A DNA stretch of 64,000 bases from an uncultured Muribaculaceae bacterium (GTDB lineage Bacteria > Bacteroidota > Bacteroidia > Bacteroidales > Muribaculaceae). Below, piece after piece: positions 39,887 through 50,149 of the stretch (position 1 is the stretch's first letter; each line of letters starts with the position of its first letter). Both the position numbers and the translations under genes were made by a program. The notes beneath the pieces are model-generated. The model was not told the origin of the DNA. It saw only the letters and a list, made by a program, of their open reading frames with translations, and ran no database searches. The DNA lies in contig CAJUKU010000002.1 of NCBI GenBank assembly GCA_910587425.1, positions 96,526-160,525 of the forward strand. The letters run 5' to 3'.

Positions 39887-41161
39887 TCACTTCTTGCCCC
39901 AGCGGTGAGCCTGAAGCTCCGCCGCACGCTGCTCCGCCGGATTATCGGCAGGGTGCCATAGTGTGGGATGCCCGAGTTCCGCAGGCATGAATTCCTGCAC
40001 CACGAAATGCTCAGGGTAATCATGGGCATAGCGGTAATCCTGACCATATCCCATGCTTTTCATCAGACCTGTAGGCGCATTGCGGAGATGTAGCGGTACG
40101 GGGCGGTCGCCAGTATCACGCACGAGTTGCTGCGCCGCACCGATCGCCATATATGCCGAATTGCTCTTGGGCGAGGTCGCGAGATAGACCGTACACTCCG
40201 CGAGTGGAATCCGCCCCTCCGGCCAGCCGATCTTATGTATCGCATCGAAAGTTGCGTTGGCGAGCAGCAGAGCGTTAGGATTTGCGAGACCGATATCCTC
40301 GGCGGCAAGTATCAGCAGACGCCGCGCTATGAACTCAGGCTCCTCGCCACCCTCTATCAGACGGGCGAGCCAATAGACAGCCGCGTCGGGATCGCTGCCA
40401 CGCACAGACTTTATGAACGCCGATATTATGTCGTAATGCATCTCGCCGTTCTTGTCGTAGGCGGCAGGATTACGCTGCAGACGCAGCGTCACCACCTCGT
40501 CGTTGATCAGTATCTCCTCATCGGCTGGTGTCGACTGCTCGAGCAGATCGAGAATATTCAACAGCTTGCGTGCGTCGCCTCCTGCGAAGCGGAACAGCGC
40601 ATCTGTCTGTTCTACGCGCACCTTACGCTGCGACAGCTCCGCGTCAGCCGTAAGCGCACGTTCAAGAAGCTCGCCGAGCTCATCGGCGCTCAACGGATTG
40701 AGAGTGTAGACCTGCGCACGCGACAGCAGCGGACGTATCACTTCAAACGAAGGATTCTCGGTCGTCGCGCCGATAAGGGTTACTGTACCATTCTCCACCG
40801 CGCCAAGCAGACTGTCCTGCTGCGACTTGTTGAAACGGTGGATTTCATCGATGAACAGTATCGGACGCGCCGTGGCGAACATGCTCTGAGCCTCACGCGC
40901 GCAGCGGTCCAGAACCTCGCGCACATCCTTGACCCCCGAATGCACCGCACTCAGAGTATAGAAAGGCGCTTTGATCGTATTCGCCACAATCCGCGCCAGT
41001 GTGGTCTTGCCCACACCGGGAGGTCCCCACAGTATGAAAGATGATATGTTGCCCGTGGCGATCATACGGTTGATGATCGCATCCTTACCCACAAGGTGGG
41101 TCTGACCTATATAATCGTCAAGCGTACGCGGACGCAGCCGCTCGGCAAGTGGTAGTTTCAT
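39887..41161 (-). CDS. rarA: Replication-associated recombination protein A
   Basis: [45 protein letters not shown] -7 element TACCTTTG lies at 41216-41223. Confidence 0.95.
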   Translation of the reverse strand: MKLPLAERLRPRTLDDYIGQTHLVGKDAIINRMIATGNISSFILWGPPGVGKTTLARIVANTIKAPFYTLSAVHSGVKDVREVLDRCAREAQSMFATARPILFIDEIHRFNKSQQDSLLGAVENGTVTLIGATTENPSFEVIRPLLSRAQVYTLNPLSADELGELLERALTADAELSQRKVRVEQTDALFRFAGGDARKLLNILDLLEQSTPADEEILINDEVVTLRLQRNPAAYDKNGEMHYDIISAFIKSVRGSDPDAAVYWLARLIEGGEEPEFIARRLLILAAEDIGLANPNALLLANATFDAIHKIGWPEGRIPLAECTVYLATSPKSNSAYMAIGAAQQLVRDTGDRPVPLHLRNAPTGLMKSMGYGQDYRYAHDYPEHFVVQEFMPAELGHPTLWHPADNPAEQRAAELQAHRWGKK

Positions 41162-41340
41162 AGCACAATTTCCGGATTGACACCTGCGGGAACGCCCCGG
41201 CGGTGTTACCCATCACAAAGGTAAGCAAAAAACACAATGTCCCATGTTAAGAGAGCTTAATCTGTCACCGCATACCGCAAGTGTGGAAAAAATTACCTAT
41301 CTTTACACCCTCAACTGTAAAGTCGTCACGCATCAGCGCG

Positions 41341-41364
41341 AACTTTAAGCCGACCGGCGTTGTT
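41341..41364 (+). promoter_or_regulatory. Candidate alternative-sigma promoter, copy upstream of the small-protein/PstS/TPR unit
   Basis: (G)AACTTT-aagccgaccggcg-TTGTT(AG). Confidence 0.55.
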
Positions 41365-41475
41365 AGTTAGATAAAAGCGGGTTGTACAGGCATCGGAAAC
41401 GGCGCCTCCACTCGCGTTTCAACATTATCCAACTTCAAACAACCCCAAACATCAACCATCTAAACATCCAGGATT

Positions 41476-41694
41476 ATGAGCAACAACGATAACACGGGAA
41501 CTCCCAAGGCAATGCGCAACATCTTCGGCATAATCATGATCGTGATTTATATCGGCGTCGGAGTGCTCTTCTTCACAGGATTCTTCCAGCCCATCTACGG
41601 CAGCTGGGAATGGGTTCGTTGGGTCGCCGGCTCAATCTTCACCATCTACGGAATCTGGCGTGCCTACCGGCAATTCACCGGAATCGACGCCTGA
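41476..41694 (+). CDS. Small two-TM membrane protein
   Basis: Two hydrophobic segments ending YGIWRAYR; host-like codon use. Confidence 0.75.
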   Translation: MSNNDNTGTPKAMRNIFGIIMIVIYIGVGVLFFTGFFQPIYGSWEWVRWVAGSIFTIYGIWRAYRQFTGIDA

Positions 41695-41733
41695 CCACGA
41701 ATCAAACCCACGAATAACAACCAACGATTGCCA

Positions 41734-42744
41734 ATGATAAACTTTCGTCTACTGACATCTACCGCTGCCGGCATGGCTCTGCTCGCCGGCAGCCTTTTGG
41801 CGTCATCCTGCTCCGGCAAGACCGATAATGGGGAGACATCCACCTCGACATCCGGAATTGCCACCATAGTCTGCGACGCCAGCTTCGAGAACATCCTTTC
41901 ACAGGAGATCGACGTCTTCGAGTACATATACCCCGAGGCGAGCATCATGCCGTACTACACTGACCAGAACGCAGCCATCGACTCGCTTCTCGACTTCAAG
42001 ACCAAGAATATCGTTGTCACACGTATGCTCACCCCAAAGGAGGAGGCATACCTGAAGGACAACCGCAAGCAGGTGCGCCAGAAACTGATCGCAGTCGACG
42101 CAATAGCCCTCATAGTCAACCCTTCGAACAGCGTTCAGGTGCTGTCGAAACCTGAGATTGCCGAGATACTCACCGGCAAGATCTCACGCTGGGATCAGGT
42201 AGTGCCCGGCAACAACCATCTCGACTCCATCGAGGTTGTGTTCGACCATCAGGGATCGAGCACCGTACAGTATATGCGCGACTCACTCCTCAACGGAGCA
42301 GCATTCTCACCCAATGTCTACGCTCAGAAAGACCCCTCGGCGGTATTCGAGGCTGTGGCTAACAACAAGAACGCAATCGGCATCATCGGCGTGAGCTGGA
42401 TCAGCCGCGACATGAACACACGCGAACTCACCCGCGAGCAGTTCGCCGAGCGCATGAAACAGTCGGCTGACACCACCGTATCCGAGCAGGAGTTCAACAC
42501 ACAGGTGAAAGTCATAAAGGTGCGCGGCAACAACGAAGTCACCGCCTACCAGCCGTATCAGGCATACATCCACTCCGGTGAATATCCGCTTTACCGGCAG
42601 ATCTACATGATCTCGACCGCACCCGGCGGAACGCTCGGACACGGCTTCTACTCATTTGTCACCGGATTCCAGGGACAGAAGATCATGATGACCACCGGCG
42701 TGCTCCCCGCAATCATGCGCCCCACGATGGTGCAGGTCAACTGA
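41734..42744 (+). CDS. PstS-like (PBP_like_2) substrate-binding lipoprotein
   Basis: Lipobox-like SSC, CDASFENI, IAVDAIALIVN, GEYPLYR, GQKIM. Confidence 0.8.
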   Translation: MINFRLLTSTAAGMALLAGSLLASSCSGKTDNGETSTSTSGIATIVCDASFENILSQEIDVFEYIYPEASIMPYYTDQNAAIDSLLDFKTKNIVVTRMLTPKEEAYLKDNRKQVRQKLIAVDAIALIVNPSNSVQVLSKPEIAEILTGKISRWDQVVPGNNHLDSIEVVFDHQGSSTVQYMRDSLLNGAAFSPNVYAQKDPSAVFEAVANNKNAIGIIGVSWISRDMNTRELTREQFAERMKQSADTTVSEQEFNTQVKVIKVRGNNEVTAYQPYQAYIHSGEYPLYRQIYMISTAPGGTLGHGFYSFVTGFQGQKIMMTTGVLPAIMRPTMVQVN

Positions 42745-42805
42745 CCGCACAACATCTCAAACCGAACAAAACTAAAACGATTATAAAACCCTAATAAACC
42801 AGATC

Positions 42806-44431
42806 ATGAAACTGAAATTCCTTTGCACCATGCTCCTCGCCGGAGCTCTCGGCGCAGCCGCTCAGGGAGGCTATCAGGACGGTGTTGACAACTTCAACGC
42901 CGGACGTCTCGATGTGGCTAAGACGATTCTGCAGAACACCATCAACGACGGAGCCACCAACAAGGCTGTCAGCTACTACTACCTCGGCTCCATCGACTTC
43001 CTTGAAAACAATATGGCTGCCGCTAAAGCCAACTTCGACAAGGGCGTGCAGGCTGACCCCAACTACGGACGCAACTACATCGGTCTCGGTGAGGTAGCAC
43101 TCAAAGGTGGCGACAAGGGAGCTGCCGAAGGATTCTTCAAGCAAGCTACGGGCACCGACAAGAAAAACACCGCACTCGTAGCCGAGGTAGCACGTGCATA
43201 CTATAACGTGGATCCCGTAAAATACGACAAGGAGATACAGAAGAACCTCGAGAAAGCGCGCAAGGACTCCAAGAACACCGAAGCAGCCGTCTACCTGCTC
43301 CAGGGCGACATGATCGGCGACAAGGATCCCGGTGAGGCTGCAGGTCTCTATGAGCTCGCCATCGAGCAGTCAAAGCTCAAGGGTGAGGTAAACCGCGAGG
43401 CTTACGTGAAATATGCAAACGTATACTTCTCCGTAGCACCCACATTCGCTATCAAGAAACTTGAGGAGCTCAACCAGCTCGAGCCCAACTCAGCACTCGC
43501 ACAGCGTGAACTCGCCGAGAAATACTACGCCAACAACCAGTGGGGAAGCGCTTACCAGCAGTATGGCAAATACCTCCAGAACCCCAACCACTTCCAGAAA
43601 GACGAGCGCCGCTACGTGCAGCTCCTCGTTGCCGCCAAGGAGTACGCACAGGCTGTTGACCGCGCCAACGCAATCCTCGCACAGGATCCCTCCGACTACG
43701 CAATGTACCGCATGATCCTCCTCAGCGAGTCTTACCAGAACAAATGGCCGGAAGCCGAGGCTGCCGGCGCAAAACTCTTCCAGATCGCCAAGCCCGAGCA
43801 GCTTGTACCCAACGATTACATCGTCTACGGTCAGGCACTCAGCGAGCAGAAGAAAGTTGATGAGGCTGTCGCTGTATATGAGAAGGCCATCGAGCTCAAC
43901 CCCGACGCTCCCGAACTCCTCACCGACCTCAGCGCTGTCTATGAGAAGGCAGGACAGAACGAGAAAGCCGTGGAGACCATGAAGCGCTACCTCGACACAG
44001 GCGCCGGTTCGACCAACGACCTTGTGAACATGGCACGCCGCTACAACAGCCTCGCCCGCAGCCTCGAGAAAGGCACACCCGAGCGCGCAGCAGCAGCAAC
44101 CGAAGGTATCAAGTACATCGACATGGCTATCGCAAAAGTTCCTGACAACGGCACAGTTTACCGTATCAAGGGTGAGCTCCAGCTTGCCAAGAACGACGAC
44201 AAGCCCGACGCAGAGACCGCAGCCACCTATGAGAAGATGATTGAACTCTACGACGTAGATCCCGCGAACCGTGAGAAGTATGCGACATCCTACCGTGCCG
44301 CCGACTTCGTACTCAGCCTCTACTACATTGACGTAGACAAGGAGAAGGCACGCAAGTACATCACCGACTATCTCACATACACACCCGACGACGAGAACTT
44401 CAAACTCCTCCTCGAATCACTCGACAAATAA
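42806..44431 (+). CDS. Tetratricopeptide-repeat periplasmic protein
   Basis: Signal peptide; multiple TPR-like helix pairs (e.g. YEKAIELNPD). Confidence 0.85.
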   Translation: MKLKFLCTMLLAGALGAAAQGGYQDGVDNFNAGRLDVAKTILQNTINDGATNKAVSYYYLGSIDFLENNMAAAKANFDKGVQADPNYGRNYIGLGEVALKGGDKGAAEGFFKQATGTDKKNTALVAEVARAYYNVDPVKYDKEIQKNLEKARKDSKNTEAAVYLLQGDMIGDKDPGEAAGLYELAIEQSKLKGEVNREAYVKYANVYFSVAPTFAIKKLEELNQLEPNSALAQRELAEKYYANNQWGSAYQQYGKYLQNPNHFQKDERRYVQLLVAAKEYAQAVDRANAILAQDPSDYAMYRMILLSESYQNKWPEAEAAGAKLFQIAKPEQLVPNDYIVYGQALSEQKKVDEAVAVYEKAIELNPDAPELLTDLSAVYEKAGQNEKAVETMKRYLDTGAGSTNDLVNMARRYNSLARSLEKGTPERAAAATEGIKYIDMAIAKVPDNGTVYRIKGELQLAKNDDKPDAETAATYEKMIELYDVDPANREKYATSYRAADFVLSLYYIDVDKEKARKYITDYLTYTPDDENFKLLLESLDK

Positions 44432-44452
44432 ACTTCCAAAACATAATAAAGC

Positions 44453-44484
44453 CAGGGGCTGTGTCAGATCCGACACAGCCCCTG
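44453..44484. terminator. TGTGTC..GACACA-family hairpin between convergent TPR and malQ
   Basis: caggggctgtgtc-agatcc-gacacagcccctg; AAA on the left, TTTT on the right. Confidence 0.8.
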
Positions 44485-44521
44485 CTTTTATTAATTAATC
44501 GCCCGTCTTGTCAGCCTCTGA

Positions 44522-47182
44522 TTAATGCGTACGTCCGGCAGCGGCAGCCATAGCGCGCAGCCTGTGCGTGAAAGCTGTCGCAGCAAGCAGATCCTCGACC
44601 GTGAGGTGCATGCGGTAGTTCCAGTTGTTAGCCGGGTTTGCCGGATCATTGATCTGCTCCTCGCGTGGATCCGTACGCCGCAGTCCGCCGTCGATCGACA
44701 GCCAGTCCTGCAACGGCAGCACACACAGCATAGAGGGCGACGCGAGGTGCGACGCCACGATACGGTCGCAGATCCACGGCTCGGCATAGTAGGGAGCCTG
44801 TCCATGCAGACCCAACGCATTGTGGAAATAGCGGGCGGTGCGCTCGGTGTTCTCCTCCCACCATTGACGTATGCCCCCCATATCGTGCGTCGATGTGGTG
44901 CAAACGGAATAATAGGGGTATGCGGCGGGATCGCCGAACTCCCTGCCGTACTCCGACGGCATACGCTGCACCTTAAGCGACAATATCTCCAGTTCCTCCA
45001 TAACCTCCGGCACGCATGGAGGAATCATACCGAGATCCTCGGCACAGCAGAGCATACCGGTAGAATCGATCAGCGGAGGCAGTTTCCACAGAGCCTTGCC
45101 GCGCCAGAAGTAATCAGAACGGTGATAATAGAAATCATCATACATGCGGCGGTATGCCTGCTGTTGCCCCTCGTCGAGAGCGGCGAAAGCGAAAGTCTCG
45201 CCTCCGCATATACGGGGATGATATCCGCCATCCGCCACCGGATCCGCGATGAAGAGCACATCGTCTATGATCCGCAGCAGTCCGTTGTAGATACGGTTGT
45301 TCGCGCCATCGTCGGCTATGCTGTTGAAATGGTCGGCTACACGGCGCTGTGTGGCGAACTCCTCACGCAGACGGTAGCGTCCCGGCTCGTCAGCCGGCAA
45401 CAGGAACTCAGCCACGACACGTGGCGCCAGTTCGCCGAACAGCTCATCGAGCACCGCATCCGTGATATACGGCTCCGTCATGCGCCCGTCGAACAGGAAA
45501 CCGAAGTCGAGCCGCATCTGCTCAGCCGTGAGTGGCAATGCGGGATAGAACACCCCCAGCAGACCATGGATAGCATGGAGAGGGATCTGCCATATACGGA
45601 AGAAGCCGAGCACATGGTCAATCCTGTAGGCGTCGAAATACTCCGCCATCTTGCCAAGACGCGCTTTCCACCATCCGAAGCCGTCGCGCGACATCTCCTC
45701 CCAGTTATATGTCGGGAATCCCCAGTTCTGACCGAGGATCGCGAAGTCATCAGGCGGAGCGCCAGCCGAAGTGTTCAGGTTGAAGAGCTGCGGAGCCACC
45801 CAGGCATCAACACTCATACGTGATATGCCGATCGGTATATCACCCTTTATCGCTATACCGACCTCATGGCATGCCCGGCTCGCGGCGAGGAGCTGCTTGT
45901 GGAGGTGATACTGGGTGAATATATGGTAGCCAGCCTCCTGCCGACACTCCTCCTCAACGAGGCGGCGCACTCTATCAGCATCATACAGTGCATACTCACC
46001 CCACTGCGCCATGTCGGCGGTGTGATGGCGGTCGCGGAGCAGACAGAACGCCGCGTATGGAATCAGCCAATGGCTGTTGTCAGCCACAAACCGCCGGCAA
46101 TCAGCCGACGCCAACGTCTGCTCACCCTGCTCGGCGTATAGTTGCCGCATGTAGCGCTGCTTGAGGGCAAACACCCCCTCATAGTTGACAGCCGCAGCCA
46201 TGTTCAGCTCACGCGCCTCAGCACGGTAGCGCTGCATAGCCTCCGCATCGGCGAGTGTACCCGCTGCATCCGGACGCAGATACATAGGATTGAGAGCGAA
46301 CGTCGATATTCCGTTGTAGGGATACGAATCATGCCATGTGCCGCTAACTGTGGTGTCGTTCACCGGCAGGATCTGGATCATGCTCATGCCGGCGCGCACA
46401 GCCCATTTAGCGAGCGTAGCTATATCGGCGAAATCACCGATACCCCAGTCCTCCTCCGTACGGATCGAGAACACCGGTATCGCCACCCCCGATCCGCGCC
46501 AAAGCGGCAGAGGGGTCACCAGGCGCTCAGCCTCGACGACAACCGCATCGGCATCAGGCAGTTCACCGGGATCGATCACACGGTTATACCCTTTCTCCCA
46601 CACAGCCTCACCTCCTGCCGAAGCACTGACAACGCACTTCCACTCCACGCGTTCGTGCGGCATCTCCATCGTTATGCCGAACGCCACAGAGTTTAGCCGA
46701 GTCAGGCGCGGGGCGCGGTCGGCATTCCACTCTCCCAGCGGCTCGGATGAGCCGGCTATGGCAAGCGTCTGACCATCCTCGACTCCCGGAGCCGGAACGA
46801 TGAGCGTCAGCAGCCGGCAATCATGCCCCGCCGCTACGCTATGCGCGCACTCCGGAGCCTCGCCGCACCACAATCTGAAAGGGGTGGAATAGAACGGCGA
46901 AGATGCCGGGCGGTCATGCCACCGGTCAACAATCGCCACACTCCGTCGCGGCGGCAGCAGGAGATGTCGCGGAGCACCCCACTCGGCACGCACCGAACCG
47001 TCGGCACGGCGCACCGTATATATATAGTCGATACTCTCTGTCGAATCCGGCAGCTCCACGGAGCCAGTCCAACGACCGTCGCCTGTGTGGTGCATTTCCA
47101 CGGAAGCGACCCCGCGTATATCGGCTGAAAGAGTCTCACCCCATACAGTGCGGTAATTTATATTGAATGTTACGGTGCGCAT
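44522..47182 (-). CDS. malQ: 4-alpha-glucanotransferase (GH77, DPE2-like with N-terminal CBM20-like domains)
   Basis: GVAIPVFSIR, KGDIPIG, GAPPDDF, YRIDHVLGFFRIW, AEDLG, TSTHD. Start at MRTVTF, just after the nrdJ stop. Confidence 0.93.
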   Translation of the reverse strand: MRTVTFNINYRTVWGETLSADIRGVASVEMHHTGDGRWTGSVELPDSTESIDYIYTVRRADGSVRAEWGAPRHLLLPPRRSVAIVDRWHDRPASSPFYSTPFRLWCGEAPECAHSVAAGHDCRLLTLIVPAPGVEDGQTLAIAGSSEPLGEWNADRAPRLTRLNSVAFGITMEMPHERVEWKCVVSASAGGEAVWEKGYNRVIDPGELPDADAVVVEAERLVTPLPLWRGSGVAIPVFSIRTEEDWGIGDFADIATLAKWAVRAGMSMIQILPVNDTTVSGTWHDSYPYNGISTFALNPMYLRPDAAGTLADAEAMQRYRAEARELNMAAAVNYEGVFALKQRYMRQLYAEQGEQTLASADCRRFVADNSHWLIPYAAFCLLRDRHHTADMAQWGEYALYDADRVRRLVEEECRQEAGYHIFTQYHLHKQLLAASRACHEVGIAIKGDIPIGISRMSVDAWVAPQLFNLNTSAGAPPDDFAILGQNWGFPTYNWEEMSRDGFGWWKARLGKMAEYFDAYRIDHVLGFFRIWQIPLHAIHGLLGVFYPALPLTAEQMRLDFGFLFDGRMTEPYITDAVLDELFGELAPRVVAEFLLPADEPGRYRLREEFATQRRVADHFNSIADDGANNRIYNGLLRIIDDVLFIADPVADGGYHPRICGGETFAFAALDEGQQQAYRRMYDDFYYHRSDYFWRGKALWKLPPLIDSTGMLCCAEDLGMIPPCVPEVMEELEILSLKVQRMPSEYGREFGDPAAYPYYSVCTTSTHDMGGIRQWWEENTERTARYFHNALGLHGQAPYYAEPWICDRIVASHLASPSMLCVLPLQDWLSIDGGLRRTDPREEQINDPANPANNWNYRMHLTVEDLLAATAFTHRLRAMAAAAGRTH

Positions 47183-47195
47183 ATCTTCTTTTTTA

Positions 47196-49739
47196 TCATC
47201 CACACTTGGAGGTACCGCAGGAGGTGCAGATAAGACATCCCTCCTGGTATACCAGGGTCTCATGTCCGCAATTCGGGCATTTCTGACCGCTTGCCGTAGT
47301 GCCGTTGGGCAGGTATTTCTTGAGCGCGCGCTCAACACCCATCTTCCAGGTGTTGATCGACTGGCTGTCAAGTTCCAGTCCGCCCACGAGCTTCAGCACC
47401 TGGTCGATAGGCATACCGTAGCGGAGCACACCCGAGATCAGCTTCGCATAGTTCCAGTATTCCGGATTGAACTTGTCGCTCAACCCCTCGATCGTGGTCT
47501 TGTAGCCACGCTTGTTGATAAACTGGAAGTCATAGCGCTTGTTGCCCTTTTCATCTATAGCCTTTATGATCTTGCCATGGTTGACAGACTTCGGGCAGAA
47601 TATACCATCGTCATCATCCGCAAGACCGGTGAATATCTCATACGGTTTTCCGTCGAGCAGTCCCACGAACGCGATCCATTTCTCCTTGTTGTTCTGGAAA
47701 CGCACAACGTCAGCCTCAAGCTCGTTCGGGCGCTTACCCACATGTGGATACGGCACCTCAGCTACAGGGGTCTCCGATGATTTTTTCTTGTTCTCCAAAG
47801 CTACGAGCACACCTGCGCGGGAACCGTCGCGGTACACCGTGCATCCCTTGCAACCCACGCGCCATGCCTCGACATACAGGCGGTTGACGAGTTCCTCGCT
47901 TACGTCAGAAGGGAGGTTGATAGTCACCGAGATCGAGTGATCGACCCACTTCTGCACTCTGCCCTGCATACGCACCTTCTCGAGCCAGTCGACATCGTTT
48001 GAGGTAGCCTTATAGTATGGCGAGCGTGCCACAAGCGCGTCAAGCTCCTCCTGCGTATAGTCATTCTTGACGGCGATTCCGTTGGTCTCCATCCAGGTGA
48101 CGAATTTCGGATGATATACGATATATTCCTCAAACGAGTCACCGTTCTCATCCACGAAATCCACGCGCACATCCGTATCGTTAGGATTCACCTTGCGGCG
48201 GCGCTTGTAGACCGGCAGGAACACCGGCTCGATGCCGGATGTGGTGCGTGTCATGAGGCTGGTTGTTCCGGTAGGTGCTATGGTAAGACACGCGATGTTG
48301 CGGCGTCCGTGGCGCTTCATATCCTCGTAGAGCTGCGGATCAGCCTCACGCAGACGCGCTATGTAGGGATTCCCCTCCTCGCGCTCCGAGGAGTACACCT
48401 CGAAAGCACCGCGCTGTGCGGCGAGCTCGACCGACGAGCGGTAGGCGGCAAGCGCCAGCTCGCGGTGGACACGCTCGGAGAAGTCGGTAGCATCCTGAGT
48501 GCCGTAGCGCAGACCGAGCGCGGCGAGCATATCGCCCTCACCGGTCGTGCCGACACCGGTGCGGCGTCCGCGCAGTGTCTTCTCACGTATCTTTTTCCAG
48601 AGATTCAGCTCGGTCTGTTTCACCTCAGCCGTCTCCGGATCAGAATCTATCTTCTCAATTATTGTATCGATCTTCTCAGCCTCAAGGTCGATGATGTCGT
48701 CCATGATACGCTGTGCCTTACCGACATGGCGGCGGAACAGGTCGAAATCAAACTCAGCCTTGTCAGTGAACGGATTTTTTACATACGAGTAGAGATTTAT
48801 CGCCAGCAGGCGGCAACTGTCGTACGGACAGAGCGGTATCTCGCCACAAGGATTGGTCGATATAGTCTGGAAACCGAGATCGGCATAGCAGTCGGGCACA
48901 GATTCACGTGTGATCGTATCCCAGAAAAGCACTCCCGGCTCTGCCGACTTCCAGGCATTGTGCACGATCTTCCCCCACAGCTCAGCGGCATTAACCTCCT
49001 TGACCACCTCCGGCTCGGCAGCATCTGTTGGAAACTGCTGACGGTATGTGCTGCGGTTTACCGCCGCTTCCATGAAAGCGTCGTCGATGCGCACCGACAC
49101 ATTCGCGCCGGTAACCTTACCCTCGGTCATCTTGGCGTCGATAAACGCCTCCGAATCAGGATGCTTGATACTTACGGTGAGCATCAGCGCACCGCGTCTG
49201 CCATCCTGCGCAACCTCACGTGTTGAGTTGGAGTAACGCTCCATGAACGGTACAAGACCCGTAGAGGTCAGCGCCGAGTTCTTGACCGGGGTTCCTTTCG
49301 GGCGGATATGGGTCAGGTCATGACCTACACCTCCACGGCGCTTCATCAGCTGCACCTGCTCCTCGTCGATCTTGATCACGCCGCCGTAAGAGTCCGGCTT
49401 GCCGTCGATGCCGATCACGAAGCAGTTTGACAGGGATGCCACCTGATAGTGGTTGCCGATACCGGTCATGGGGCTGCCCTGCGGCACGATGTAGCGGAAG
49501 CCGTCGAGCAGACCGAACACTTCCGTCTCGTCCATAGGCTCCGGATAGTTGCTCTCCACACGCGCGATCTCCGAGGCAAGACGCCGGTGCATGTCGGCTG
49601 GGCTCTCCTCATAGATATTGCCATACGAATCCTTCAGGGCATATTTACTAACCCACACACGGGCGGCGAGCTCATCGCCACCGAAATATTCAAGCGACGC
49701 CTTGTAAGCGTCATCATACGTATATGTTGTCTTTTCCAT
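47196..49739 (-). CDS. nrdJ: Class II (adenosylcobalamin-dependent) ribonucleotide reductase
   Basis: SLSNCFV, TNPCGEIPL, TIAPTGTTS, VDHSISVTINL, GCKGCTVYRDGSR, C-terminal zinc-ribbon/Cys tail; no small subunit gene nearby. Confidence 0.93.
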   Translation of the reverse strand: MEKTTYTYDDAYKASLEYFGGDELAARVWVSKYALKDSYGNIYEESPADMHRRLASEIARVESNYPEPMDETEVFGLLDGFRYIVPQGSPMTGIGNHYQVASLSNCFVIGIDGKPDSYGGVIKIDEEQVQLMKRRGGVGHDLTHIRPKGTPVKNSALTSTGLVPFMERYSNSTREVAQDGRRGALMLTVSIKHPDSEAFIDAKMTEGKVTGANVSVRIDDAFMEAAVNRSTYRQQFPTDAAEPEVVKEVNAAELWGKIVHNAWKSAEPGVLFWDTITRESVPDCYADLGFQTISTNPCGEIPLCPYDSCRLLAINLYSYVKNPFTDKAEFDFDLFRRHVGKAQRIMDDIIDLEAEKIDTIIEKIDSDPETAEVKQTELNLWKKIREKTLRGRRTGVGTTGEGDMLAALGLRYGTQDATDFSERVHRELALAAYRSSVELAAQRGAFEVYSSEREEGNPYIARLREADPQLYEDMKRHGRRNIACLTIAPTGTTSLMTRTTSGIEPVFLPVYKRRRKVNPNDTDVRVDFVDENGDSFEEYIVYHPKFVTWMETNGIAVKNDYTQEELDALVARSPYYKATSNDVDWLEKVRMQGRVQKWVDHSISVTINLPSDVSEELVNRLYVEAWRVGCKGCTVYRDGSRAGVLVALENKKKSSETPVAEVPYPHVGKRPNELEADVVRFQNNKEKWIAFVGLLDGKPYEIFTGLADDDDGIFCPKSVNHGKIIKAIDEKGNKRYDFQFINKRGYKTTIEGLSDKFNPEYWNYAKLISGVLRYGMPIDQVLKLVGGLELDSQSINTWKMGVERALKKYLPNGTTASGQKCPNCGHETLVYQEGCLICTSCGTSKCG

Positions 49740-49753
49740 CGATATTAAGAGTC

Positions 49754-49848
49754 GGTGTAATGATCGGTTGATATACTGATTTATGGTTGATTGCTGTTCT
49801 GATATAATGATTGGTTGATAGATTGGTGCAATGATCTGCCGATATATA
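49754..49848. repeat. Degenerate ~24-bp tandem repeat (4 units) in the nrdJ upstream region
   Basis: Units at 49754, 49778, 49801, 49825; core aatgatyggttgata recognisable in three of them. Confidence 0.5.
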
Positions 49849-50149
49849 CATTTCTGTAATTTGAGGGTGCAAAGTTTACAAAAATCGGCAACTTTTCAAA
49901 ATATCCGACGCACCAAATTGCACAGATGTTAATAAGTTGCACCCGTTGACGGCACCATAGCCAGATCTGAATGGGATTGTTGAAAATAAAAAAAACGCCA
50001 CGCTACGATGACCGATCTATAGTGTGGCGGTTGCGGCGCTCCCGGCGCCCTCCATTGCTTCCTGCCGAGGAGACGAGGAGCAGCAAATGGGTTCGGACAC
50101 TTATGGGATAGGGCTAATAAGGCGAATAGGGCGAATAAACGAGGGTGGG

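Noticed and set aside
47183..47371. N-terminal extension of malQ overlapping nrdJ in the ORF track
   Set aside because: The ATG at 47182 follows the nrdJ stop with an A-rich leader and begins the CBM20-like domain; the extension is an artefact of choosing the longest ORF.
26212..49739. Inteins or introns in dnaB, parC or nrdJ
   Set aside because: Lengths are normal, motifs are contiguous and no intein or homing-endonuclease signatures are visible.
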